This document shows positions 25,529 to 34,352 of a stretch of DNA of 40,829 nucleotides, piece after piece. Position numbers and translations under genes: made by a program. Source of the DNA: Candidatus Peregrinibacteria bacterium (GTDB lineage: Bacteria; Patescibacteriota; Gracilibacteria; UBA1369; LOWO2-01-FULL-3); assembly GCA_016235895.1 (NCBI GenBank), contig JACRIB010000042.1:1-40829 (forward strand), given 5' to 3'. Under the pieces are notes generated by a model. That model was not told the DNA's origin and searched no databases. It was given only the letters and a program-made list of their open reading frames with translations. Position 1 is the stretch's first letter. Every line of letters starts with the position of its first letter.

Positions 25529-27352
25529 ATGAAAAACCGGAAAAAACTAATCGGAATAATCACCACCATACTCGCCGGCCTGACCCTGGCCACCGGCCTC
25601 GGTTTCTATAAACATTCCCTTGTTGGCAAATTCCCCCCGGGCACACAAATCGCCAACACCGATATCTCCACGCTCACTTTTATCGAAGCCAAAAAACAAC
25701 TTTTTGAAAAGGGCAATAAATACCTCGAAACCCCAATCACCATAGAAATTTTAGGCAAAAGCAAGAAAATAAAACCAAAAGAACTTGGAATAAATGTTTC
25801 TTTGGAAGAGCCCCTAAACACCGTTACCACCACCAGCCTGACAGAAAGCGGTTTATTAAACATTTTTAATTTTGGCACCAAGCAAAACAAAAGCCTCTTC
25901 GCCTTGGCCAATATCGACGACAGCAAGCTTTCCTCCGCCTTGGAAAACAATTTCAAGCTCAGCGAAATAGCTCCAAAATCCGCCTCCGCCTCATTCAACG
26001 ACAACGGCGATTTTGTTGTCACCGATGGCCGACAAGGAACAACTATAGACAAAGAAGCTTTACTAAAAGACCTCAAATACTCCGCGCAAAATCTACAAAA
26101 CAACACCATAAAAATTACTACCTTTAACCAAAAACCCCCGGTGACAAAAGAAGACATTCTGTCTCGGGAAGAAAAAATCAAAGCCGAATTAAACCAATTG
26201 ATCACCCTGGAAGACCCCATTTATAGCGACGACTGGCAAATCCGCCTAAAAAAACATCCGGACTGGATAAACTTTGTTCCCAAAAAAGAAGTAAAAATTC
26301 CCGCTCTTAACGACACGATTTTCCTGGATCCCGCTGCGGAAATCGGCCGGACAACAGTTTCCCTGGAAATAAATCAACAAAAATTAAATCAATTTGTCGA
26401 TGAAAATATTTCCAAATGGCTGGACCGACCATCCCGGGACGTAAAAATTTATACCGACGAAAAAGGCAAAATTATCATTGAAGGCCGGGGCAGTGACGGC
26501 AAAAGAGTTCAAAGAGAACAGCTGAAAAGAGCCATCGAACTGGCAGCAGAAAATGGTATCGACCACCTCGCCATACCCACGATAAGCACCACACCAAAAA
26601 TCGAAATTTCCTTAGACCTTCAAGCAAAAGGAATCGTCGAAAGACTCGCCGTTGGCCATACCTCTTACTACGGTTCGCCCGACAACAGAGTATTCAACAT
26701 TAAACACGGAGCCGAAAAATTCAACGGCGCCTTAATCGCCCCGGACGAAATTTTTTCTTTCAACAAAACACTTGGTCGCGTCGACGACTCCACAGGTTTC
26801 CGCAAAGAATTGGTAATCAAGCCCGAGGGCACCATACCCGATTTTGGTGGCGGAATTTGCCAGGTTTCCACCACTATGTACCGCGCTGCGCTCTTTTCCG
26901 GCCTACCGATCACCGAAAGAAATCAGCATACCTACGCCGTTAGTTACTACTCTCAAATTCTCGGCCACGGTCTCGACGCCACAATTTTTCTTGGCGGACC
27001 GGACTTGAAATTCAAAAATGACACCGGCCGGTCCGTTTTAATTCAAACTTACACCGAAGGAGACTACGAACTTTACATTGTTTTTTACGGCACACCTGAC
27101 GGACGCCGTGTGCAGATGGAGGGACCCTATCTTTCCGATCACGTTAATCCCCCACCTGACGAAATCGTCGAAACCACCGACCTGCCCGTGGGCGTCACTA
27201 AGCTGCTTGAACATTCCCATCCCGGCTTCAGGGCCTTATGGTATCGTCACCTCTTTGACAAGAACGGCAAAGAAACCAAAGAGCCCATAGAAACGAATTA
27301 CAAAGCCATGCCCGAAAAAACAGCGATCGGTGTCCGGCAGGACACGCCGTGA
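25529..27352 (+). CDS. VanW-family protein with N-terminal membrane anchor
   Basis: VanW core: FSFNKTLGRVDDSTGFRKELVI..GGGICQVSTTMYRAALFSGLPITERNQHTYAVSYY. There is an N-terminal TM segment. Confidence 0.85.
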   Translation: MKNRKKLIGIITTILAGLTLATGLGFYKHSLVGKFPPGTQIANTDISTLTFIEAKKQLFEKGNKYLETPITIEILGKSKKIKPKELGINVSLEEPLNTVTTTSLTESGLLNIFNFGTKQNKSLFALANIDDSKLSSALENNFKLSEIAPKSASASFNDNGDFVVTDGRQGTTIDKEALLKDLKYSAQNLQNNTIKITTFNQKPPVTKEDILSREEKIKAELNQLITLEDPIYSDDWQIRLKKHPDWINFVPKKEVKIPALNDTIFLDPAAEIGRTTVSLEINQQKLNQFVDENISKWLDRPSRDVKIYTDEKGKIIIEGRGSDGKRVQREQLKRAIELAAENGIDHLAIPTISTTPKIEISLDLQAKGIVERLAVGHTSYYGSPDNRVFNIKHGAEKFNGALIAPDEIFSFNKTLGRVDDSTGFRKELVIKPEGTIPDFGGGICQVSTTMYRAALFSGLPITERNQHTYAVSYYSQILGHGLDATIFLGGPDLKFKNDTGRSVLIQTYTEGDYELYIVFYGTPDGRRVQMEGPYLSDHVNPPPDEIVETTDLPVGVTKLLEHSHPGFRALWYRHLFDKNGKETKEPIETNYKAMPEKTAIGVRQDTP

Positions 27353-27411
27353 GGCGCTGTCACAGCCCCGCCGGAAGCGAAGCCGGACCCCTAAAAGGCC
27401 CACGCCCGTCC

Positions 27412-28176
27412 TCACGCCCCATTCGCCGCGCTTTCAATTCGTCTGATTTCCTTCAGCATCGCCAGCGCCGCCTTATTTCCCGCATCCAACGTCAACAATT
27501 TTTCCAGACTTTCTCTCGCCGCCAAATAATTCCCCGCCTCCACCTGCAAATCCGCCAATAAATACAAAAATTCCAGATTTTCCTGTTCTATTTCCAGGGC
27601 CTTATTCACTGCGATAATAGCATTTCCCAATTGTCCCAGAGCCTTGTAAACCTGCGCCAGACTTACAAATCTTTGCGGACGCGAAGGATCCAGGTCCACC
27701 GCTGTCTGATAGGCGATTTTAGCATTTTCAAAATCACTTTGCTGATAAAGCGTCAACCCCCAATGGCTGTAATGCACGGGATCCTTGGTTTGCTCGGCCA
27801 ATTGTTGAAAAAGCGCCGCCGCCGCGCTGTACATTTGTTTCTGCAAATACAAAAGAGCCAGCCTCTGCTGTGTTTCCGGATGTTGTGCATTGATAGACAA
27901 CGCCTGCACAAAACATTTTACCGCTTCCTCGTCTTTACCGGAACTTATCAAAGACTCGCCACGCTTGCACAAAGATTCCACCTCGTCTTTTTGCTCGCGC
28001 GAAAGACGAATTTTTCTTTCCTCCTCGGACTCTTCCGCTTCCTTGGCAGCTTTTTCGGCCTCCGCCGCTTCCACCGCCACTTCCTGCACCAGCTTCTTTT
28101 TGTTGGCAAAAACACGATGCATAAAAACCCCAACCACCACTGCCGCGCTAAAAAAAATTGCAAGATAAGTCCACAT
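27412..28176 (-). CDS. Membrane-anchored TPR-repeat protein
   Basis: N-terminal TM helix, an acidic/Lys-rich linker and then several 34-residue TPR-like repeats (..AVKCFVQALSINAQHPE.., ..AKIAYQTAVDLDPSRPQ.., ..AIIAVNKALEIEQENLE..). It occupies the slot after the PSP1 gene. Confidence 0.75.
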   Translation of the reverse strand: MWTYLAIFFSAAVVVGVFMHRVFANKKKLVQEVAVEAAEAEKAAKEAEESEEERKIRLSREQKDEVESLCKRGESLISSGKDEEAVKCFVQALSINAQHPETQQRLALLYLQKQMYSAAAALFQQLAEQTKDPVHYSHWGLTLYQQSDFENAKIAYQTAVDLDPSRPQRFVSLAQVYKALGQLGNAIIAVNKALEIEQENLEFLYLLADLQVEAGNYLAARESLEKLLTLDAGNKAALAMLKEIRRIESAANGA

Positions 28177-28181
28177 AAAAA

Positions 28182-29000
28182 TTATTTTAAAACTTTTTCT
28201 ACTTCTTCCACTTTTACGACAGTAGGCTCACCACCCTGCACTAAAACTTTTATTTTTTGGTTCAAAATATCCACAGCAATCACCGTTCCCTCACCAATTT
28301 TTTTTAACTTAACTAGCGCTCCAATTCGCGGCACCGTCTTGCGTAAATCACGATAAGACTCCACTTCATATTTAAGACAACACAAAAGCTTTCCGCAAGC
28401 GCCGGAGAGCTTGGAGCTGCCCTTACTTTCCAGGGCCTGCATGCGCACCATTTCCATGTTGATACTTTCCAGCTTTCCCAGCCAGGTGCTGCAACACAGC
28501 GGCCGCCCGCATTTTCCAAAACCGCCAATCATCTTCGCCCTGTCACGCGGGCCGATTTGTCTCAAATGAATTTGTTTCTGTAAAACCTTCGCCAATTCTT
28601 TTACCAGTTCTCTGAAATCCACACGATCATCAGACGTAAACATAAACTGTAGCCTATTCCCGTCAAAAGAATAACCCGCGCGAAAAACATTCATGTACAA
28701 ACCCAGCTTTTCCACCACGGATTTACACTTTTTTATGGCGGCACGACTCAATTCAATGTGGCTATCCACTTTTTGAATATCGTTCGGCGTCGCCCTGCGC
28801 AAAATTTTCGAGGTAAAAAGCACTTTGTCATCCTCTACAGCATCACGATTAAAATATTTCACCACGCCATATTCCTCCTTTTCTTCAGCATCTTTAAAGA
28901 TCACTTCTTCCCCCACAGCCACCTCGGTACCCTCGTTGTAAGGAATCTCCACCACGCCGGCGCTGTATCCCGATTCTATACCTATAACCTTGGTTGCCAT
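28182..29000 (-). CDS. PSP1 domain protein (YaaT/RicT-like)
   Basis: The cysteine-rich PSP1 signature is CGRPLCCSTWL...SGACGKLLCCLKYE. It lies immediately downstream of holB, as in Firmicutes. Confidence 0.85.
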   Translation of the reverse strand: MATKVIGIESGYSAGVVEIPYNEGTEVAVGEEVIFKDAEEKEEYGVVKYFNRDAVEDDKVLFTSKILRRATPNDIQKVDSHIELSRAAIKKCKSVVEKLGLYMNVFRAGYSFDGNRLQFMFTSDDRVDFRELVKELAKVLQKQIHLRQIGPRDRAKMIGGFGKCGRPLCCSTWLGKLESINMEMVRMQALESKGSSKLSGACGKLLCCLKYEVESYRDLRKTVPRIGALVKLKKIGEGTVIAVDILNQKIKVLVQGGEPTVVKVEEVEKVLK

Positions 29001-29001
29001 A

Positions 29002-29910
29002 TTAAATTTGTAACATTAAATTTTCCAAAACCAGCCTGACATTGATATTCTGCCTTAAGAGCATAGCAGCCTCGTCGATTTTTGAAAGAGCTTTTGCGTA
29101 AATTTTGCCGCCGCCCTGCCTGCCCGGTTCCAGCATTTTGCTACGCAGCACGTGAGTCAAAATATTCATAAAAGTTTCAATGCGCAGAGGATCTTCCAAC
29201 ATTTCTTCGATATAAGAAAAACGCTCGGAAACACTCCTGTAAGCCAAAAAATTCTGAATGTCATGATAAGTTTTCAAGTAATTGGCCAGGGAATCGGGGT
29301 GTTCCATTAAATGCACGGCCTTGCCGGTTTTTCCCAAAGACAAAAGGCTCACCGTCTCAATGGTTTCAGCCTCACTCTTCGGATAAAGCTGTTTCAACTT
29401 GTCGCGCAGATAAGAATTTGAAACACTATTGAATTTCACCACCCTCACGCGCGACAAAATCGTCGGCAAAATCACCCTCACGTTGTCGGTGGTCATAATG
29501 AAAATCGTTCTTTCCGGTGGCTCTTCCAGCATTTTCAGAAAACTGTTCGCCGCTTCCGTCCTCATGCGCTCGAGGCTTTGAATTAACAGAATTTTGTATT
29601 GCGCCTGGCGGGTCATATTCAACCTTTCCATGATTCTTCTTACCTCCTCGATTTTTATCGATTCGCCATTGTCCTCAAAAACCACAGTATCCACGTGACA
29701 GCCCTTTTCGACCTGCAAACAAGCATTACAACTGTGACAAAAATCATTTTCGCATTGAAGAATTCCGGCCAATTTTCTTGCCACGGTATTTTTCCCCACG
29801 CTATTGGGTCCCGCCAATAAATAAGCATGCGCCAAATTTCCGGAAGAAATATCGTTTTCAATTTGCGCCAGCTGTTTTTCGTGCCCGATTATCGACCAAT
29901 TATACTTCAT
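29002..29910 (-). CDS. holB: DNA polymerase III delta-prime subunit
   Basis: Motifs AHAYLLAGPNSVGKNTVARKLA, a zinc module CxxCxxC (CHSCNACLQVEKGCHVD), LKMLEEPPERTIFIMTT and TILSRVRVVKF. Confidence 0.88.
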   Translation of the reverse strand: MKYNWSIIGHEKQLAQIENDISSGNLAHAYLLAGPNSVGKNTVARKLAGILQCENDFCHSCNACLQVEKGCHVDTVVFEDNGESIKIEEVRRIMERLNMTRQAQYKILLIQSLERMRTEAANSFLKMLEEPPERTIFIMTTDNVRVILPTILSRVRVVKFNSVSNSYLRDKLKQLYPKSEAETIETVSLLSLGKTGKAVHLMEHPDSLANYLKTYHDIQNFLAYRSVSERFSYIEEMLEDPLRIETFMNILTHVLRSKMLEPGRQGGGKIYAKALSKIDEAAMLLRQNINVRLVLENLMLQI

Positions 29911-29920
29911 GAAATTTAAA

Positions 29921-31198
29921 TTACAACCTGGATGTCCACACAGGCTCCTGCCTCACCAGCAAATCCTTCGCTTGTTCCGGATTGGCCATGAGAGCCTTCA
30001 CGAAGCGCTCCAGCCTGACATTATTTTGCGATCCTTTCACCAAAATAACATCATTTTTTTTAATCTTATCCGCCAAAAATCCTGCCGCCTCCAAAGAAGT
30101 CTTAAAACTAAAAACATTTTTTTCGCTCATGCCGCCGGCCCTCGCCCTATCCGCAATCATTACAGCCAAATCACCCACCGTTACCAACATATCCGCGCAC
30201 TTGGGCACCAGATCCCCGATCGCTTCGTGCATAATTTGCGTATGTTTACCGAGTTCGTTCATGTTCCCCAAAACCGCAATTTTTCGCTTATCCACTGCAA
30301 TATCGCGCAATGTCTCCAGCGCTTTTTTCACCGCCTCGGGCGAAGCGTTATAAGAACTGTCGACAAGTACCGAATCGTTAATCGCCGGAATTATATTCAT
30401 TCTTCCGGGTGGCAAAGCGAATTTTCCGACAGCCGCAATGGCGTTTTCAATCGTCATGCCCATCATCGCTCCGCAAATTATCGCCGGCATTAAGGCAAAA
30501 ACCTGAAATTCCCCCAAAACATTGACATGAATATTGTAACGTTTGTTGTCATGATGCAAAATAAAATCCAGACCTTCAATGCCTTGTTTCAGCTGGCTGG
30601 CCCAAAAATCCGCCTCGCGATCTTTGCCATACGTCACCGTTTGCTTTCGTCCACGTTTTTTCGCCAACGTAGCGAGCAAATCGTCATCTATATTCAAAAT
30701 TGCCACCCCATGCTCGCGCAGCGCCTCCACCAACTTATTTTTTTCTGTAAAAATTTCTTCCAAATTGGCGAATTGATTTTCGTCCATATGCACCGGAGAC
30801 ACACCGGTAAAAACGACAAAATCTGGTTTTACCAGCGAAGCCAAAAAATCCATATCTCCCGGCTTATCCACGCCAAATTCCAAAAGTAAAATTTCACTAT
30901 GGTCTCGATGCAAACAATTAAAAAAACCTTTAACCAAAAACCAGGACCATTTTGTCGCCGAGGAAAATCCACTCTCTATATCAAGAATTGTTAACAATAA
31001 GCCAAAATCAGAATTCATATTTTTTTGCGTCTTCTTCACCTTAAACTGCGTATTAAGCACGGCAAAAATTGCCTCTTTTGTGGTGCTTTTACCGATTGAA
31101 CCGGTTATGCCGATGATTTTCCCTTTGAATTTTTTCAGTCTGTGCCCGGCCATTATTTTTAACAGCTTCAGCACTATTTTTTTCAAAAACTTTTTCAT
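29921..31198 (-). CDS. murF: UDP-N-acetylmuramoyl-tripeptide--D-alanyl-D-alanine ligase
   Basis: Mur ligase P-loop IIGITGSIGKSTTKEAI, the central domain, DSSYNASPEAVKKALETL and the C-terminal domain. Length is 425 aa. Confidence 0.85.
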   Translation of the reverse strand: MKKFLKKIVLKLLKIMAGHRLKKFKGKIIGITGSIGKSTTKEAIFAVLNTQFKVKKTQKNMNSDFGLLLTILDIESGFSSATKWSWFLVKGFFNCLHRDHSEILLLEFGVDKPGDMDFLASLVKPDFVVFTGVSPVHMDENQFANLEEIFTEKNKLVEALREHGVAILNIDDDLLATLAKKRGRKQTVTYGKDREADFWASQLKQGIEGLDFILHHDNKRYNIHVNVLGEFQVFALMPAIICGAMMGMTIENAIAAVGKFALPPGRMNIIPAINDSVLVDSSYNASPEAVKKALETLRDIAVDKRKIAVLGNMNELGKHTQIMHEAIGDLVPKCADMLVTVGDLAVMIADRARAGGMSEKNVFSFKTSLEAAGFLADKIKKNDVILVKGSQNNVRLERFVKALMANPEQAKDLLVRQEPVWTSRL

Positions 31199-31386
31199 GC
31201 AAAAAAAGCATTATTTCAGCCACGGCATATTAGCACAAAGCCAAAAAGAAAACCACCGAAGCTTGGGCTCGTCACGGGGAAGCTTTCAGAGATGTTACCC
31301 TGCATACCCTTTCCGCTACCTTATGAGCGCTACGCAAAACCTCCAGATCGGCATCTGCAAGGCCCTCGCTCCCGCCGCCATGGCGC

Positions 31387-31569
31387 TTAGATAAGCATTC
31401 CGTCTTGGCTCATCACGATCAAAAAGACAACCACTAAGACTATCACGATCGCCATCACTATCACTATAACAAAAACCACCAGAACGATCATGGCCATCGG
31501 GACCAGAAACCATATCAAATTAATTAAAAAGTCGGTTGTGAATATAGCATTCTTTGTGATCCAATGCAA
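31387..31569 (-). CDS. Possible small, extremely hydrophobic membrane peptide (60 aa or shorter)
   Basis: The ORF encodes ..LIWFLVPMAMIVLVVFVIVIVMAIVIVLVVVFLIVMSQDG. I recognise no homology. It could be a chance ORF in a 409-nt intergenic region. Confidence 0.2.
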   Translation of the reverse strand: MHWITKNAIFTTDFLINLIWFLVPMAMIVLVVFVIVIVMAIVIVLVVVFLIVMSQDGMLI

Positions 31570-31607
31570 CTATGCTAAAATAACCTCACATTTTTTAAGC
31601 TCATTTT

Positions 31608-32285
31608 ATGCAATTCCCAAAACTTACTTTCCCCGCAGCGCTCACAACCATTTTTATCCTGCTTTTTACCGCTTGCGGTAGCTCTCCCGTACGAACAGCT
31701 GCGGATTTCGTCATCAACAACCCCGCCTGTCAACCAAATCCCCAATTAACCACTTACCCCAATGATCTAACCATGAAAACCAAACCCGAAGCCGGCGACA
31801 CCATCGCCACTCTCGAAACAAATTACGGTGATATCCACATACTGCTATACACCAAAGAAGCTCCCGAAACGGCCAAAAATTTCATCGAACTTTCCAAACA
31901 AAACAAATACAACGGCACAATTTTTCACAGGGTAATCGACTGTTTTATGATTCAGGGCGGTGATTTTGAAAAGAGAAACGGCACAGGCGGCTATTCTTAC
32001 AAAGGCCCCGGCGCCAAACTGCAAGACGAATTCGGCAAGGGTTTGAAAAATGTCCGCGGCGCGGTTTCCATGGCCAATTCCGGCCCAAACACCGGTGGCA
32101 GCCAATTTTTCGTGGTGCAGGCGGATTACGGCACGCCTTGGCTTGACGGCAAACACGCCGTTTTCGGCTTTGTTTACAACGGAATGGGGGCGATCGACAA
32201 AATTGCCAAAGTCAAAAAAGGCGGAAACGACAAGCCGGTGGAAGACATAATTTTGCAGAAAGTGACAATTTCACAATTTAAATAG
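31608..32285 (+). CDS. Cyclophilin-type peptidyl-prolyl cis-trans isomerase, lipoprotein
   Basis: Lipobox LLFTAC at the end of the signal peptide. Cyclophilin motifs FHRVIDCFMIQGGDF and MANSGPNTGGSQFFV. Confidence 0.9.
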   Translation: MQFPKLTFPAALTTIFILLFTACGSSPVRTAADFVINNPACQPNPQLTTYPNDLTMKTKPEAGDTIATLETNYGDIHILLYTKEAPETAKNFIELSKQNKYNGTIFHRVIDCFMIQGGDFEKRNGTGGYSYKGPGAKLQDEFGKGLKNVRGAVSMANSGPNTGGSQFFVVQADYGTPWLDGKHAVFGFVYNGMGAIDKIAKVKKGGNDKPVEDIILQKVTISQFK

Positions 32286-32420
32286 GTAAACTTAGGGGTC
32301 AACAAAAAACACTTAGCGCTTCATGCTAAATAAAAATTCGCATAAGAATCTGTGCGTACGCACACTTTTACCTCTCGAAAGTACCACTTTTCATTGATAC
32401 TTATATCCCCCAACAACTTA

Positions 32421-32726
32421 ATGGCCACAACCTCCAATAAACAAGCCCTCCTCCTCGTTTCCGGTCATGTGCAGGGAGTGTTTTTTCGCGCGCACGCCCA
32501 AGAGGAAGCCACTCGCCTCGACCTTACCGGCTACGCCCGCAATCTCCCCGACGGCCGCGTAGAAATCCTCCTCCAGGGCGCGGAAGCAAAAATTCAAATG
32601 TTTATTCAATGGATTGAAAGCCTTGGACGGGACGCCAAAAACGGCTTCCTCAAGGCAAAAGTTGATCAAATAAACACCGTATGGCAGCCGATCACAAAAA
32701 ATTTAAAAAATTTTGAAGTTTTTTAA
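32421..32726 (+). CDS. acyP: Acylphosphatase
   Basis: VSGHVQGVFFRAHAQEEATRLDLTGYARNLPDGRVEILLQG is the acylphosphatase signature. The ATG at 32421 is preferred over the GTG at 32352 given in the ORF track, because family members are about 90-100 aa. Confidence 0.85.
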   Translation: MATTSNKQALLLVSGHVQGVFFRAHAQEEATRLDLTGYARNLPDGRVEILLQGAEAKIQMFIQWIESLGRDAKNGFLKAKVDQINTVWQPITKNLKNFEVF

Positions 32727-33429
32727 AATTTCTTTGACCCAGGCCAGCCCCGTCCACCTTTTTGCTACACTCCTCACAAATTTTCAACACAGCCTTTTTT
32801 CGCGAACACTTGGCGCAAAAACCCTGTTCATTCCCGGGTTTATTCGGCAAAACTTTAGACTTTGCCAAATCACTCTGCTCAATAATCATCTGAAAAGTTT
32901 CGTTCCAGCTCAGCGCCTGTTTCGATCGTTTTTCCAATCTTTGTTTGGCCAGTCTTAAGTCAAATTCCACCTCTCTGCTTGCAGGAAAAGAAAATCTTAC
33001 CGGCGGCTCAAAAGAACCAAAGACCTGTACCAAATTCGGCCGAGAAGCTGTTTGGCCAGGCCCTAGCCCAAAACGGCCATCCTGCCCGAACACCGCCCCC
33101 GACTCAAACAATTTCAAAAGCGCAGGCTTATCCTTTATTTTCGCATATAGCTACAAAATCCTATCCACCGCATATTCACTCATCCCCGCAATTTTTCCAG
33201 CGAATTCACCGAGAGAAACAAAACCTTTTCTCCTATGCAACCCACGTTTCGCCACTTCCGGCAAAAGTGCCGCAATTTCAGCCATCGATTCATCTCTCAC
33301 GGGCTTGATCACCACCCGGTCACCATTATCACTCATATTTTTCTCATTACTAGTCGACGCACCAAGCCTCTCTTTGTTTTTATCATTTTCCATTTGTAAA
33401 TTTTTAAAATTAACCATCTTCGTCCGCAC
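32692..33429 (-). pseudogene. DUF222/HNH-associated-like gene interrupted by one in-frame TAG
   Basis: ORFs 33151..33429 and 32692..33117 are in the same frame, separated only by a TAG at 33151-33153. Read through, the sequence is ..RGLHRRKGFVSLGEFAGKIAGMSEYAVDRIL*LYAKIKDKPALLKLFESG... From memory this resembles the N-terminal region of DUF222/HNH-endonuclease-associated proteins. The C-terminus has CxxC..CxxC (CAKCSRKKAVLKICEECS) but no HNH motif. Confidence 0.5.
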
Positions 33430-33501
33430 CCTACCACACCAAACTTAAAATTTTCCTAAAATAAACTTAAAAAAATTCTAAAATTTCTAAAATTTGACAC
33501 G

Positions 33502-33536
33502 AAAAAAAACCGCGCGGGTGTCCGCAAACGGTTTTC
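33502..33536 (-). terminator. Rho-independent terminator after the infC-rpmI-rplT operon
   Basis: The minus-strand RNA reads CCGUUUGCGGACACCCGCGCGG (GCGG/CCGC stem, ACAC loop, outer CCG/CGG) followed by eight U. It lies about 45 nt past the rplT stop. The plus strand also has a U-rich tail, so it may act in both directions. Confidence 0.65.
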
Positions 33537-33578
33537 ATTTTTTCTTTAAGCACTTTTTGCCAGTGGCTTCACCGCCGT

Positions 33579-33926
33579 CTACTTCATCGCCTCCTCCACA
33601 ATTTTCTTGAATACTTCGGGTTGATTCACCGCCAACTCACTAAGCATTTTGCGATTTATCGCCATGTCCTTCTTGGTCATCGCGTCAATCAATCTACTGT
33701 ATTTTACGCCCATCGCACGGCATCCGGCATTGATTCTGGTAATCCACAAACTGCGGAAGTCACGTTTCTTCAAACGGCGACTTGTATAACTGCGCAATCC
33801 GGCCTTCATCGTGGCATTCTTGGCCCACTTGAACGTGCGGCTTCTTAGTCCGCGATAGCCTTTGGCTGCCCTCTTCATTTTTTGGTGCCTACGGCGGGTG
33901 TTTACACCTCTTTTTACTCTGGTCAT
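33579..33926 (-). CDS. rplT: 50S ribosomal protein L20
   Basis: MTRVKRGVNTRRRHQKMKRAAKGYRG.. is the canonical L20 N-terminus. Length is 115 aa. Confidence 0.95.
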   Translation of the reverse strand: MTRVKRGVNTRRRHQKMKRAAKGYRGLRSRTFKWAKNATMKAGLRSYTSRRLKKRDFRSLWITRINAGCRAMGVKYSRLIDAMTKKDMAINRKMLSELAVNQPEVFKKIVEEAMK

Positions 33927-34000
33927 ATAAGGAAATTAAATGTTAAATAAATTTTTTTGAATCGGATCGCCAACTCGATTTGCGTGACTCACCTCCTCAC

Positions 34001-34336
34001 TTATGCTTTTTTCTCGACGTTATCAGCCTTTTTCACGCCTGCCAGCCCAGCGCCTACCTGGTGCCGATCGGCACGGCTCTTCTCATCCACTTTCACCACG
34101 TCCCCGAGCTGCGTTCTCCTTTTCCTGGTCATGTGAATTCTCACCCTGCCGGCCATCAATCTTCTAACATCCTGCATGTATCCAGGGAACACCTGAATAC
34201 CGCCACGCATAGACTTTTTCTGCCTCTTGGACTTATTGGTGAGCAAGTGACGTTTAGCGGCCTTATTGAAAGAAACCGTTCCACCCTTTCTCACTCGAAG
34301 GCGCTTTTTTAATCCGCTGTGACTTTTGACTTTCAT
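34001..34336 (-). CDS. rpmI: 50S ribosomal protein L35 with a ~45-aa C-terminal extension
   Basis: MKVKSHSGLKKRLRVRKGGTVSFNKAAKRHLLTNKSKRQKK.. is L35-like over the first ~65 aa. The ORF then continues to 111 aa. Confidence 0.85.
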   Translation of the reverse strand: MKVKSHSGLKKRLRVRKGGTVSFNKAAKRHLLTNKSKRQKKSMRGGIQVFPGYMQDVRRLMAGRVRIHMTRKRRTQLGDVVKVDEKSRADRHQVGAGLAGVKKADNVEKKA

Positions 34337-34352
34337 ATTTTTTGAATTAATT

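Noticed and set aside
31250-31400. The GC-rich structured stretch could be SRP RNA or part of RNase P RNA. It contains GGUAGCGGAAAGGGUAUGCAGGG and a CAUAAGGUA string.
   Set aside because: The GGAA is not closed by a helix in the way SRP helix 8 requires, and GGAAGCAGC is absent. The RNase P universal motifs (GAGGAAAGUCC, ACAGAA..GGCUUA) are absent, and the region is too short. I keep it only as an unclassified structured region.
32351-32364. A perfect 14-nt palindrome, TGTGCGTACGCACA, lies between the cyclophilin and acylphosphatase genes.
   Set aside because: It is a single copy. It could be an operator or a weak 5-bp hairpin, but there is no U-tract of note and no second site. I cannot support a function.
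33476-33493. A tandem direct repeat, TTCTAAAAT x2, and nearby AAACTTAAAA x2 lie upstream of the DUF222-like gene.
   Set aside because: These are short, A/T-rich, low-complexity repeats in a promoter-like spacer. They are indistinguishable from chance in such sequence.
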